Shown in pieces: positions 40,360 to 54,479 of a DNA stretch of 64,000 bases (within the stretch, counting starts at the first letter, position 1; every line of letters begins with the position of its first letter). The position numbers and the translations under genes are program-made. The DNA is from Octopus sinensis (Eukaryota), in NCBI RefSeq assembly GCF_006345805.1, contig NC_042999.1, positions 159,092,001-159,156,000 of the forward strand, given 5' to 3'. The notes under the pieces are model-generated. The model was not told the origin of the DNA and did no database searches. It saw only the letters and a program-made list of their open reading frames with translations.

Positions 40360-41285
40360 GGAAGACGATACAACTAATAGCGACATTACAGGTGAACAAA
40401 AGGCAATCTACGACAGAATAAATGTAAAAGAACAGGAGAACGATAGCGACATTATTTGCAACCTTAAAAAGGTTGATTGATGGAAATTGAACCAAGAAAA
40501 ATGTCAATGAAATTCTGAAATACATCAGAACAAACAACATCATAGAAACAAATAATTTGATCAAGGCAGCAAGTATTGTTGTAGCAGAAAACGTGGATCT
40601 TGATGAAAAAGAAACATAATGGTGGAAAAGAAGAATCCAGGCAGGGTTAGACATACTCTCGAAGGAAATCTCTGTTAGACCGAAAAGAGAAAGGGGAGCT
40701 TAAAAGCGAACAAAAATACAGGGCGCTGAAAAGGAACTATAATACTGAAAGAGAGGGCCTGAAAGTAGTAGTGGAGGAACTGAAACTGCGTCTCGTTGCA
40801 AAGAAAGTAAAGATGGTAAGATACGACCAAAGAATGATAGGTTACCACCAGAATAGGTTATTCGGAGTAGATCAGAAGAGATTCTATAAAGAAATAAATG
40901 GAGGATGTACAGATGAAAAGTTGACACCAGATAACATTGAAAGTCAAAGGTTTTGGAGTGAGATCTGGAGCAAAGACAAGGAGCACAAGAAGGATGCTGA
41001 AAGGTTGCAAGAACTGAAACAAGCAGTAGTCTGTCCAGAACAGGCAGAGCTAGTCATTTCAGTTAGGGAAGTGAAAGGAATCAGCAAAAAAAAAAAATGA
41101 GCAACTGGAAGGCCCCGGGACCAGATGGAGTTCAAGTCTACTGGATCAAAAGATTTGGTGAATGTCATGCACGAATAGCTGCGCAACTCAACACCTTCTT
41201 AAATGCCGACAAAGTAACACCAGAGTGGTTGACATTGGCTAGGACAGTGCTGTGCCTGAAAAACATCGAAAAAGGCAATACATCT
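40360..41285 (+). mobile_element. R4/Dong-clade LINE fragment
   Basis: QNRLFGVDQKRFYKEI; FWSEIWSKDKEH; NWKAPGPDGVQVYWIKRF; PEWLTLARTVL; adjoining TAA repeats. Confidence 0.9.
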
Positions 41286-41745
41286 CTAGCGTTAGAAGCT
41301 GTGCAAAGGCAATAATAATAATAACGACACTAATAACAGCAACAACAATAATAACAGCCACAATAACGACGACGAAGATGATGATGATGATGAAGAGGCG
41401 GAGGAGAGAATGAGGGCTTATGCAGATCAGCAATCATAAGGAGATAGGATTTCTCTGCACTATTGACTTCAATATTTGGTTGGTATTTATTTTTTCGGGC
41501 CCCAAAGCATTTTTCCGAGGCTCCATCAATCTTGCCAGTTCACCACTGGTTTCTGATTTTGGCACAAGGTTCGCAATTCTCTAGGTTCCAAGGACTAATC
41601 GTTATCGTCCAGCCCAATATTTAATTGGTATCGAAGACAAATGGATACCTCTCAAGTAAATCGAAATATTCTAAGAATACTTAACCGGTTTCCACTCTTC
41701 CCATGTTTTTGTCACTTGTGTTTGCAAGCCTACTCGAAGTCCCTT

Positions 41746-41806
<61 letters not shown>

Positions 41807-41873
41807 CTTTATTATTATTATTATTATCATTATTATTATTATTATTGTTCTTCTTCTTATTATTATTATTATC

Positions 41874-41972
<99 letters not shown>

Positions 41973-42017
41973 TAATAATAATAATAATAACAATAATAAT
42001 AATAATATAATAATAAC

Positions 42018-42063
<46 letters not shown>

Positions 42064-42103
42064 TAATAATAATAATAATAAAATAATAATAATAATAATA
42101 ATA
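41746..42103. repeat. (TTA)n tract switching to (TAA)n
   Basis: Strand switch near 41908. Confidence 0.95.
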
Positions 42104-45035
42104 TTCCAGGATTTCTCGCACAGAGGAAACCATAGGGGGTTATTTGGTTTTATTTATTTATTTTTTATTAATTTTTGTCCATTTGAGTTTGTTGCGTTTC
42201 AGGAAACTTGTTTTTCACTGCTGTCTTGATGCAACGTTTTTTTTTTTTGCCTCTGATATTCGTTTTTCAGTCTTCAAAATACTTCATTTACACTCATGCA
42301 ATATATAAACGTTCTGACTCGGCCACGTAGCTCAATTTTTTCATTCATGGGTGTTGTATATGGAGAGTATCTAATATTCTGTTCTTATTAACCTGCCGTG
42401 AAACAAGTTTGTTCTGAAGCCAGCCCTCCCATTTCTAGATGCTATGATGACCAGCTCCTAGGAAAATGTTTTACGGAACACCTCAGGTATACATTTCTTT
42501 AGATATTGACACTGCATTCCTATTCCCACATCATTTCTTCTACAATCGCTTCTGAGAATAAAACATAATGCTAACTATTTTAAATAAGCCACGTCTCACA
42601 GTATATGTAGCCTGAAAACTTTGACGACTTTATTTCTTGATAAGTGCATTGAAATGATATTGCTCGGAAAAACACTACACCATATTATTTAGAGATATGC
42701 CTTATTTACTTTTCGTTCATGTATTATTTTTGGGATACGCTTTTACATTCTAATTTTGCTTTCTCTTACAGTTCAAGAAAACGCATTTTTTTGGCATTAC
42801 ATTTATAAATACATGTCAGCGTAACACCCTTTTTTTAATATTACCACTACCACTAAGGTGAAGAGCTGGCAGAATCCTTAGCATGACGGGCAAAATGCTT
42901 GGCAGCATTTTGTCCGTCTTTACATTTTGAGTTCAAATTCCGCTGAGGTCGACATTACCTTTCATCCTTTCCCGGTCAATAAAATATTAGTTGAGTACTG
43001 GGGTCGATGTAATCAACTTACTATCTCTCCCGAAATTGCTGGCCTTGTGCTAAAATTTGAGACTGATGCTATTATTATCACTGCTGGTACAGCTGTTGCT
43101 GCATTTGTTAGTGTTCAAGATTTCCCAACTATGATGTCCATCTGTAACCAAAAATTGTTACGGGCGTGACCATCCTTCTTTTAAGGTACAGTATATATGA
43201 AAGTAAAATACTGAAGTTATCGTTCCTTTAGAAGAGGATCAGATGTGATAGGAGGAAGATTTCACTCGTAACTATAGAATGTGGAATCTCACACGTAATT
43301 TCATGGACCTGTTGTGCTTTATAGCAACATTAACATTAAAATAGTTATTCAATACTTTTTAGGATTTATTTTCGTTTTTGTTTTTGTTAATTTTAAAATT
43401 ATCCCTGTTATTTGAGGATATGTTCTTAAGAGACTGAAAATACAAGGGTACTATTTTTCTTTGTGTTTGAAGGAAATAATCAAATCCTCTTTGCTACTAC
43501 TATAATTCAAATCTTCTCTCATAATCACTGTAGAAACTATAGTTAAAAAAATATTTCTGATAAATAGGTAAAATGCAACATTTCTTCCTATAAATAGGGG
43601 AAGTATATAGCACCTTCTATTCAGCCTTCTTTCTTAACATGTTATTGTTTCAATCGGGTAGAAAAGATTGTGAGTGCAATCTACAAAGGCTAAGAGCGAC
43701 TGATCAGGTTAAGACAGTTAATGTTCGATTTGAAAAGCTGCAAGTTGATATTTGTGGGAAAGCGTGGATAGAAAGGGGCAACTACAGAGTTACATTTGTG
43801 GTAATGTAGTGGGGAAAAGTAGGACTTGATTATGGCTCGGATGGAAGCGATAGTAAATAGTTAACTCTGGGAAACAAAAACCATAGTAATATCGGTGTAA
43901 CTAGATGAAGGAAAGAGCACGGCAGTGGGTAAATATTGGTGTATGTTGGTGAGTCTTTGATAATCATCCGGAATGCTGAATTTTTCATGCAATCTTGGAT
44001 AATTTTTGAGTAGCAACAGTACTGTAAAAGATGTGAAGCAGATTATTTATACCCGTACGAACTATGATATACTGCGATTTTGAGAGTTTTCATGAGTAAT
44101 AGAATAAGTTATAAAATAACATTTTTTATATAACGATAACACAAATTCCACGTTAGAATAAATATTATAACAGATACTATATCAAGCCTAAACAAGATAT
44201 ATTTTCGAATAAAATGTAACAAACAAACAACAACAAAAATGAGAAGACTTGGTATTTTGTATTATAATGACATAATCATAATTCTTCTGAATGTAAAGGA
44301 AAATATCTCTGGAGATATTTGTCTAGTTTCTTCTTCAGTTGTGCAAATACAAGTAATTTAAATTCAATGTAAATATTCTATTTGAAAATCAAAGATCCTA
44401 GACAAAATTTGTATTTCTTAATTCGTTATTAGGTAACAATTTAAACAAATATCTCTGAAATAAATGTGTTTTTTATTATAATAAATGTCAGTAACTTACT
44501 AAATAAAAATTCATGTTTTATTCAGAGTTTTCGACAAATACATTCTATTTTCTGAAAATATTTAATTATCTTATTGGTTTTCATCACTGCCTTGTATGTT
44601 TGTTCAAGACAATGGAAGGAACCAAAGTTAAAAATTGAGTTTCAAATTTAAGTGGTTAATGCAAATTTTCATTCTGTAAACTTCTTCTAAGATAATGTTG
44701 AGTGAACTAAATTTGTCTAATACAGGAATGTGTAAACTTTCGAAACGATAAACCAATATATTCATTAGACATCCATTAACAGAGAATCATAATGTATTCG
44801 AGGAAAATTAGCTTCCAAACTTAAATAGCTGGAATACAATGAATCCGTGCTTGAAAGGGGAATGTCAGCAAACGTTTTGTTTACTAATTGGCACGGAACA
44901 ACAGCATCCAAAATGGTCAGGCTTTAAATACCATATTAATGCATGTGTTGTTAATTTATAAAATTTTGAGTTTTATCTGAATGACCGGAGCTTGAGGCGC
45001 ATAAACGTTTACACATGAGTAGTTTGGTTTCTTAC

Positions 45036-45114
45036 CTTACAGTCTCAGAAAAGTAATTCTTCGCAGATTTATATTCTTTATGATGAAGGTATCCAACAGC
45101 AATATTAAAGTAAG
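45036..45114 (-). CDS. TMTC-like gene TPR exon: (A)YFNIAVGYLHHKEYKSAKNYFSETV(R)
   Basis: Acceptor ttctgattcgttgtag and donor gtaaga; 79 bp, phase 1 to 2; TPR helix pattern. Confidence 0.85.
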
Positions 45115-45165
45115 CTACAACGAATCAGAAGGAAGCCTATTTCAATACAGGCATATATATATAAT

Positions 45166-45211
<46 letters not shown>

Positions 45212-45228
45212 AATATATATATATACAC

Positions 45229-45278
<50 letters not shown>

Positions 45279-46296
45279 ACAAGAAAAGAAATGACAAAAG
45301 AATAAAAGATTATCTTATGAACTTCATTAGCTTACCGCTTTTTCAACTATAAGATGTGGTGGACTCATAGTTTTGTGCCTGAGTACCATCTTACAATTTC
45401 ATCACAGCTTCAAACATAAAGTGTAATTGATTTGGGAAAGCAAATACAATGAGAAAGCAAATATGTGGAAGATGAAATCCAAGGACTCCTCCAGCAATCA
45501 GAAGAAGATTAATTCCATGATGTAGGTAATGATGAGTATAATATGTAGAGAAAGAGTGAACATGCCTATCAGTAAGAATATGTGTACACACACACACACA
45601 CACACACATACCTGCATACATATGACGAGATGGAGCTAAAAAGAGAAGAGAGAATAAGGAATGGTTTGGGATGATCTAAATGCAACAATTTTTTAAAGAA
45701 ATATTAATGTTAATTTATAATCTTTGGAGCAAAGCTAAAGTTTTCGAAGCAAATGTTCATTACGTTTCTTCTCTTTGATTTTCGAAAGGATATTCACATC
45801 AGAGAGGCATCTGACTTCTATGTCCTACGATTTCCCATCTTTCGTAAACAATTATTTCAGCCCTTGTATATTTGCATTTGGTAGAAGTTTTGATAGGAAA
45901 TGTTATGCAATATGTGAGTAGATATGGTAGACGGAAACTGAAAAGAAGCCCGTCGTATATACATATATATGAGTGTGTGTGTGTGTGTGTTTGTGTATTA
46001 TAATAATTATATGCATAATTATAACAAGGGATTGTCTATAAGCCTCTCCACGCGCTAGAAATAGACGCCAAAAGACGCTAATACCGCATTAAAAACTCAA
46101 AAATTTAAAATAGGGGCTGTAGCCAAGCAAAAGAATGATAAGGAAATAAACATTTGACTAAACGTGTACAAGCTTAAGGTAAAAAAAAACCCTACTGCTT
46201 CAGCAACGTTACTATAATATTTGTAAAATTTACCTGTAAGGTTTTTATTTCCGCGCTGACTACTTGGTAAAATCATTAACGATATTTACCCTTCAT

Positions 46297-49030
46297 GGCC
46301 GCGAGCTGGCAGAAACGTTAGCACGCCGGGCGAAATGCTTAGCGGTATTTCGTCAGCCACTATGTTCTGAGTTCAAATTCCGCCGAGGTCGACTTTGCCT
46401 TTCATACTTTCGGGGTCGATAAATTAAGTACCAGTTACGCACTGGGGTCGATGTAATCGACTTAATACCTATGTCTGTCCTTGTTCGTCCCTTCTATGTT
46501 TAGCCCCTTGTGGGTAATAAAGAAATAGGTATTTCGTCTGCTGCTACGTTCTGAATTTAATCCGTCTGTCTGTCCTTGTTTGTCCTCTCTGTGTTTAGCC
46601 CCTTGTGGGTAGTAAAGAAATAGGTATTTCGTCAGCCACTATGTTCTGAGTTCAAATTCGCCGAGGTCGACTTTACCTTTCATACTTTCGGGGTCGATAA
46701 ATTAAGTACCAGTTACGCACTGGGGTCGATGTAATCGACTTAATACCTATGTCTGTCCTTGTTCGTCCCTTCTATGTTTAGCCCCTTGTGGGTAATAAAG
46801 AAATAGGTATTTCGTCTGCTGCTACGTTCTGAATTTAATCCGTCTGTCTGTCCTTGTTTGTCCTCTCTGTGTTTAGCCCCTTGTGGGTAGTAAAGAAATA
46901 GGTATTTCGTCAGCCACTATGTTCTGAGTTCAAATTCCGCCGAGGTCGACTTTGCCTTTCATACTTTCGGGGTCGATAAATAAGTACCAGTTACGCACTG
47001 GGGTCGATGTAATCGACTTAATACCTATGTCTGTCCTTGTTCGTCCCTTCTATGTTTAGCCCCTTGTGGGTAATAAAGAAATAGGTATTTCGTCTGCTGC
47101 TACGTTCTGAATTTAATCCGTCTGTCTGTCCTTGTTTGTCCTCTCTGTGTTAGCCCCTTGTGGGTAGTAAAGAAATAGGTATTTCGTCAGCCACTATGTT
47201 CTGAGTTCAAATTCCGCCGAGGTCGACTTTGCCTTTCATACTTTCGGGGTCGATAAATTAAGTACCAGTTACGCACTGGGGTCGATGTAATCGACTTAAT
47301 ACCTATGTCTGTCCTTGTTCGTCCCTTCTATGTTTAGCCCCTTGTGGGTAATAAAGAAATAGGTATTTCGTCTGCTGCTACGTTCTGAATTTAATCCGTC
47401 TGTCTGTCCTTGTTTGTCCTCTCTGTGTTTAGCCCCTTGTGGGTAGTAAAGAAATAGGTATTTCGTCAGCCACTATGTTCTGAGTTCAAATTCCGCCGAG
47501 GTCGACTTTACCTTTCATACTTTCGGGGTCGATAAATAAGTACCAGTTACGCACTGGGGTCGATGTAATCGACTTAATACCTATGTCTGTCCTTGTTCGT
47601 CCCTTCTATGTTTAGCCCCTTGTGGGTAATAAAGAAATAGGTATTTCGTTGCTGCTACGTTCTGAATTTAATCGTCTGTCTGTCCTTGTTGTCCTCTCTG
47701 TGTTTAGCCCCTTGTGGGTAGTAAAGAATAGGTATTTCGTCAGCCACTATGTTCTGAGTTCAAATTCCGCCGAGGTCGACTTTACCTTTCATACTTTCGG
47801 GGTCGATAAATTAAGTACCAGTTACGCACTGGGGTCGATGTAATCGACTTAATACCTATGTCTGTCCTTGTTCGTCCCTTCTATGTTTAGCCCCTTGTGG
47901 GTAATAAAGAAATAGGTATTTCGTCTGCTGCTACGTTCTGATTTAATCCGTCTGTCTGTCCTTGTTTGTCCTCTCTGTGTTTAGCCCCTTGTGGGTAGTA
48001 AAGAAATAGGTATTTCGTCAGCCACTATGTTCTGAGTTCAAATTCCGCCGAGGTCGACTTTGCCTTTCATACTTTCGGGGTCGATAAATTAAGTACCAGT
48101 TACGCACTGGGGTCGATGTAATCGACTTAATACCTATGTCTGTCCTTGTTCGTCCCTTCTATGTTTAGCCCCTGTGGGTAATAAAGAAATAGGTATTTCG
48201 TCTGCTGCTACGTTCTGAATTTAATCCGTCTGTCTGTCCTTGTTTGTCCTCTCTGTGTTTAGCCCCTTGTGGGTAGTAAAGAAATAGGTATTTCGTCAGC
48301 CACTATGTTCTGAGTTCAAATTCCGCCGAGGTCGACTTTGCCTTTCATACTTTCGGGGTCGATAAATTAAGTACCAGTTACGCACTGGGGTCGATGTAAT
48401 CGACTTAATACCTATGTCTGTCCTTGTTCGTCCCTTCTATGTTTAGCCCCTTGTGGGTAATAAAGAAATAGGTATTTCGTCTGCTGCTACGTTCTGAATT
48501 TAATCCGTCTGTCTGTCCTTGTTTGTCCTCTCTGTGTTTAGCCCCTTGTGGGTAGTAAAGAAATAGGTATTTCGTCAGCCACTATGTTCTGAGTTCAAAT
48601 TCCGCCGAGGTCGACTTTGCCTTTCATACTTTCGGGGTCGATAAATTAAGTACCAGTTACGCACTGGGGTCGATGTAATCGACTTAATACCTATGTCTGT
48701 CCTTGTTCGTCCCTTCTATGTTTAGCCCCTTGTGGGTAATAAAGAAATAGGTATTTCGTCTGCTGCTACGTTCTGAATTTAATCCGTCTGTCTGTCCTTG
48801 TTTGTCCTCTCTGTGTTTAGCCCCTTGTGGGTAGTAAAGAAATAGGTATTTCGTCAGCCACTATGTTCTGAGTTCAAATTCCGCCGAGGTCGACTTTGCC
48901 TTTCATACTTTCGGGGTCGATTAAATAAGTACCAGTTACGCACTGGGATCGATACAATCGACTTAATACCTATGTCTGTCCTTGTTTGCCCTCTATGTGT
49001 TTAGCCCCTTGTGTAGTAAAGAAATAGGTT
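46297..49030 (+). repeat. SINE-derived tandem array: 9 full higher-order units of about 279 bp (184 + 95 bp subunits) plus a final long subunit
   Basis: Units start at 46344, 46623, 46901, 47178, 47457, 47731, 48009, 48287, 48566 and 48845. Only the first unit carries the SINE 5' head. Confidence 0.95.
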
Positions 49031-49464
49031 ATTTTGATATTATTACACGTGGCTGAAAAGAATGATGGGAATTCTAGTTTACTGCATATATTTACGTCAC
49101 TGCTCGTATACGTATGTGTAGATACTCGGGAATTTATGCTACGGACTAACGTTGCTGACGATAGCAGTAGGCATATTTTTTTACCTTAAGTTGAAACGGG
49201 ATCTTGTACGCGTTTAACCAAAAGTTTAATTCATTATCTTTCTTTTGCCCGACTACAGCTCGTGCTTTATTTTTGGGAGTTTTTAAGGTGGTATTAGCGT
49301 ATTTTGGTGTTTATTTCTAGCGCGTGGAGAGTCTTATAACCAATTTCTTGTTATAATCATATATATAATCATTATAATATTGTGTAAAATTCACCTATAT
49401 GGTTTTTATTTCCGCGCTGACCCCTTGGTAATGAAGTTTACCCTTTAGTATAATTGATATTATA

Positions 49465-49504
<40 letters not shown>

Positions 49505-49739
49505 ATATACTTATGTGTCAGTCTTTGTGTCTGTGCTTGTCCCCGTAACCTAGCGGTTTGGCAAAAGTGATTGATAGGATAAGTACCAGGCTTATAATGA
49601 ATAAGTCATGGGGTCGATTTCTTCGACTAAAAGGCAGTGCTCCAGCATGGTCGCAGTGAAATCACTGAAACAGGTAAAAGAATAAAAGAATATAAGAATA
49701 AAAGAATATTCCTCGTGATGACGTTTATGTGTGTATTCA

Positions 49740-50800
49740 ATAGCAGGAGGATGCTGATTCTTATATCCCTGGCAGTTCCAGTGATCTCGTCACGATTCAT
49801 TGAGAGACAGTAACTTAATGGCAATTTCAGGCTACTGATGATCACAGGTGCATTGTCTTGCATAAAAATGTGACTTAATATAATTGGTTGCATCTTGGGG
49901 CTCTTTTTTTATTGCTATTTTGCATCATTTTCCTGTTCTTGAATGTGTTCTGTCGGGAAACATACCCATGCAAAGTTAACTTTTTATCCTTTTTTTACTT
50001 TTTCTTTTCTTTTTTGGTACGTTGAGCTTTACAGATCCAGGTCTTATTTGAAGTTAGCCCAACTATTTGGGGTTATATGAGAGTTCTTTCAGAGAGTACT
50101 TCAGAAGGATCTCAGTACCGAAATGTAGAATGTTACTCACTTAAATTTTAAGCAGTATGCTTATATATCTACTTTGCTGCTGTTGTTTAGCAGGTGATGT
50201 CTGAGGGATAGTTTACAATGTTGAAAGGCTATCTGCACTAATCTCAAGCCTTCTCTTCTTTCGTCATTCCTTAGATACAGCTTATCGATATAGTTGTTCC
50301 TGGGAAAGTTTCAGTTAAGTTCCGGATCTTGTGGGTTGTCTTGTCTGTGGAATGGACAGTTAAGGATCCCAAATGTTGGTATCATCACTGGTAGTTCAGA
50401 TACATTGCGGGATATTGTCTTAAAAAAGGAAAGCTTGGACTGCAATGTTTTTTCAAGTCCGATGCAACATTCTTGGGCCACTTTATCTTAATTCACAACG
50501 CTTTCGTATGCCTAAGTATTTCTAGCATTCTTTGCGTAGAAGAGGACAGAGAGAAGAACCATTGGTGCACAGATCCTGGAGAATTGATTTTCTACGTTCA
50601 GCAATCAAATGCCAGTGTGTAAACTAAATTCCATTCTTTTGTTAGCAGAAAACATTATTAACTCCAATTGCTTCTTGGCATTGTAAATCTCTTGTGCATA
50701 GATCTTCAGACTTGCCCAAAGATGTTATGGTTTATATTGTTATCTCTTGCAATTTAAGACCATAGCTTGTAGGCATTGGGTGGTTGTAAATGAAATTATA
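49740..50800 (-). mobile_element. Degenerate R4/Dong LINE (RT C-terminal part to 3' end)
   Basis: TFGILN...IDKLYLRNDERREGL (RLYxxRxxGGRGL) and GTARDIR (GTARILR) motifs. Confidence 0.65.
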
Positions 50801-51999
50801 ACGAATTAAATGCTAAAATAATAGAATAGCTATTCATTGGATTATTCTCTTTAAAATATTTATAACATCAGAGACGGTCGTGCTGTTCTCAATTGAACGT
50901 ATGGAGATTGTTGCTAAGATCTTTTTGTGAGGTTACATTTACAGCTTATATTCAATACAAAAATAACAGAGAGTTTATATCGTCTCGTTATATCGTAAAA
51001 AAATGGTGATATATCTTCAGCGCTTCTATGTTCACATGTAGAGAATGTATGGTATGTCTGCAAATGACTAATTCTGTCACGTGTAACAATTTAGCTGTTT
51101 TTCTCGCTTCTTGATCTCAAAGGATATTATGAACCATCAAATATTTCGCAGTGATCTCAATTTTAATGAAGGACAATTATTAGATACGAATTTTCGTAGC
51201 TGTTGATGTTAACCACATCATTAAAGTAATGGCGGTTCATGCAAGTGTGGACACAAGATATTCTAGTACAGAAAACTTTGTATATACTGCATCAGTTCTC
51301 TAAACTGGAGTGGGTTACTTCCTTATCAAGGAGAGCCGCCTTCACAAAACAGTCACACGTAAAACACACAAACAAGATGTATCTTATGACAAATTTTGAT
51401 ACATCTTGTCTGAATGTTTAACGTAAAGCATTGATATTTCTTTCATGAAGAGAGTAGACAACAGAGTCGGTAGAACACTGCAAAGAAAATGCCAAGCAGA
51501 AGTGAAATAAGTTCTTTTATGTTCTCAGTACAGATTCCAACTAGATCATTTTTGCATTCTATTTCTCTGAGTTCAGCATATAATATAGTTGCCAATAATA
51601 TATTTTGAAAGATTCAATATATTTTACCTCTCTCATATAATGCATGATATGGCGCCTTTGTAAGAAAATATATTTTTAGGATTGCCAGAATTATAGCATC
51701 GGACAAAATGCTTTGTGGTATTTACATTTTAAGCTCTGAGTTGAAATGCTGTCAAGGTTAACTTGGCCAGCCATCTATCCATCCAATTAGAGTAACTACT
51801 AAGGTCCATTTAATTGACAATACTATATTCCTTAGTTTAAGTCATTGTCACTATGTTTGTTTTTTACACGAATATTGCCCAATGGCCAATCATTAATATC
51901 ACACATCGTGCATCATTCCATTTATAATAACTAAAAATATAGAGATGGCATGTAGGTAACTCAATATTTATACACTTCAGTTTGTGAAAATATATTTAC

Positions 52000-52264
52000 C
52001 CAGTAAAATAATTTGAAGATCGGCATAGTCTTTAAACAGAGTACGTGTGAAACATCTGGGTAATGGTGATTTTGATTCTATTGCATTATCCATATGCGTC
52101 AGTACCATGAAATATTTGTCGAATGAAAACAACTTTGACTTCTTTAATGAAAAGTTTGTATTCATGTAATCTATGTATGTAGGACAAATCAGACTGGCAG
52201 AATTGGTCATAGGTTCTGTTTCTTGCATTTTGTAACAAGCCACATAAGAAATAAGAAGGTTGAT
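52000..52264 (-). CDS. TMTC-like gene exon, 88 codons (INLLISYVACYKMQE...KDYADLQIILL)
   Basis: Acceptor ctctcatag and donor gtaaat; open for 265 bp in AT-rich DNA. Phase 0 to 1 exactly links the neighbouring exons. Peptide not recognisably conserved. Confidence 0.55.
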
Positions 52265-52549
52265 CTATGAGAGTATTCTTGTTTTAATCCATTTGTATTA
52301 TGTGTTTCTCAAATTAATAAGTAGATTCTGAATTACATCTCTTTCAGCGATGAATTTCATTCAAAAATATTTTTAATCTTTCTGCTATTATATAACTTGT
52401 ATTTTTAATCGTTACAATATATTCAAATGAAATTACTTGTATCCATAACGAAAGCAATTAACAATGTTTAATAGTATATTTAATTAAAGGGTAGGCAAGT
52501 AAAATGAAATAATTAAAGAATATATCATGAATTTAGAAAGAAAACTTAC

Positions 52550-52621
52550 CTTGGCATTATTTGGGCACACTTTAAGGCCTGAATGAAATAATCGTTTCCC
52601 ATCGAGCCAATCTTTATTTCT
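52550..52621 (-). CDS. TMTC-like gene exon (end of the membrane domain, before the TPRs): RNKDWLDGKRLFHSGLKVCPNNAK
   Basis: Acceptor ttctgtattttag and donor gtaagt; 72 bp, phase 0-0. Peptide matches the TMTC-family motif RNxDWxxExxLFxSxLxVxPxNAK (TMTC3/4-like). Paralogue not assignable. Confidence 0.85.
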
Positions 52622-53558
52622 CTAAAATACAGAACGAAAAATATTTACTTAATGGAATGTTATCTTTATGTTCAAGATGCTTTGCACATTTAATTGCAAT
52701 AATTAATTATACGGTTATTATACAAATGATAGGTTTGCATCTCGTTAATTGAAACTACTAATATTTTTGCCGCCCATTTGTTAACATTTGTAATGTCTTT
52801 TGGTTGAATTGTCGTTTGTTTTCGGTTCATTCATTGATACATGCATTTATGCATTCGTTATCTTTTGATTCCTTTCTACTTTCATTTTTCTACTTTCATT
52901 TTTCTACTCCATTTTTCTGTCTTTTTCGCATACTGTAATTCTTATATTTGTTGCCAAGGAAATAAGAGAAAATGGATCTATTTATCCAGATTCACATTCA
53001 CTATAATACATTTGAATAATCCAATCAAATATTGGCGATACACGAAGTGGGTATGGAATGGGAGATGCAAAGACAATGGGCTCTTAATTACAATTACATT
53101 ACATAGAAACTACACATATAAGAGAGCAACTGAACCATACTTAATGTGAGGACGTGCATCGCTGGAGATATTAGAATTTTCAAGATAATCAATTGACAAG
53201 AGAAAGGTATTTTTCAATAAATATTGTGAGAGAAAGCACATATGAAAATATCATCGTTGCTTAAATTACAATATATCATATAATATGAAATATCGAGTGC
53301 GGTGTGTGTCAGAATAAAAATAAGTCACGTCCAATTGTGAAATAGCCAATATATTTTAGAAAAAAATCATCTGAGAAATATTTGGCAAAATTTAAGCCAT
53401 CGTAAGGTGACGAGCTTGCACAACCATTAAATACTTAGCAGCATTTCGTCCATCATTACGTTCTGATTTCAAATTCCGCCAAAGTCGACTTTATCTCTCA
53501 TGCTTTCGAAGTCGATAATATATATATTCTTTCTGTGTTTTTTTTTTCTCTCTGTGTA

Positions 53559-53596
53559 TCTTTCTGTTGAAGAGCGTAGGCTCGAAACGTTAAAGA
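53559..53596 (+). ncRNA. Minimal hammerhead with CUGUUGA core
   Basis: tcttt CTGTTGA a gagc-gtag-gctc GAAAC GTT aaaga; element about 53530-53695 ends in (TA)n. Confidence 0.65.
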
Positions 53597-53693
53597 CTTG
53601 TTTTATTTATATTTCCTGAGCGCCATACTAATACAATTGTTTGTTTGTTTTCCACCTGCCTTCGTCTTTTGTCTATTTTCATAAAGCTTCCCG

Positions 53694-53776
<83 letters not shown>

Positions 53777-53998
53777 ATCAATATAGGGAGGCAAAAAAAT
53801 TTTGTAGAATTCTTTTGCCCCCAGCGGCCTAGTGGGAAAAAATTAAATAGTCATAAACCATTTTTAAGTTCAATATCACAATCAAGGAACGGCCATAATA
53901 GGCCATTCACCCACTAGAAATAACAGCCAAAAAGCTTCAACCGCAAAATAACATTAATTCCGTAAATCAGGAGAAAATTAAAAAACATTTACCCTGAA

Positions 53999-54104
53999 AT
54001 TCCTTAGACGATGCACCGTTTCTTCTACTGTTTAATGGTAAATTAACTGATTAAATTAAATCAAGCCAATCTACCATAGGCCCTTAGATTCATCAGTAAG
54101 GAAT
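53999..54104 (-). ncRNA. Type I hammerhead ribozyme, same family, in element 53774-54293
   Basis: Stem I attcctta/taaggaat (compensatory relative to the 6173 copy); CTGATGA; GAAA; GUC site. Confidence 0.87.
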
Positions 54105-54287
54105 AGCCAAATCGGAACAGATATTTTTCACGAGGCATTCTCGTCCATGCCTCGCCAATATCTGACCTAAAATTTTCAAATCGTCGCACTCGCGCCAAAT
54201 TTATCGGCAGCAAATAAATATAAGCCGCCGATTCCATTACGGAACCAACCAGAAAATTCATAATTAATCAATATAGGAGGCAAAAAA

Positions 54288-54337
<50 letters not shown>

Positions 54338-54479
54338 ATATATGTGTGTGTATATGTATGTATGTGTATATGTGTATGTGTGTATGTATTAGCTACACTC
54401 ACTAGTTCAACACGATGATTCAAGTGATGCAATTAACTAAGCATGAACGTAAAATATGTCTATCTGTACATCCTTGTAT

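Noticed and set aside
37090-45400. Further hammerhead candidates at about 37160 (-) and 45330 (-), plus 7709 (+), 19340-19460 (-) and 21540 (-)
   Set aside because: A GAAA/stem III half is visible, but the CUGANGA core or stem I is broken; not counted as ribozymes.
46297-49030. CRISPR array
   Set aside because: There are no unique spacers; the units are near-identical SINE derivatives in eukaryotic DNA with no cas genes.
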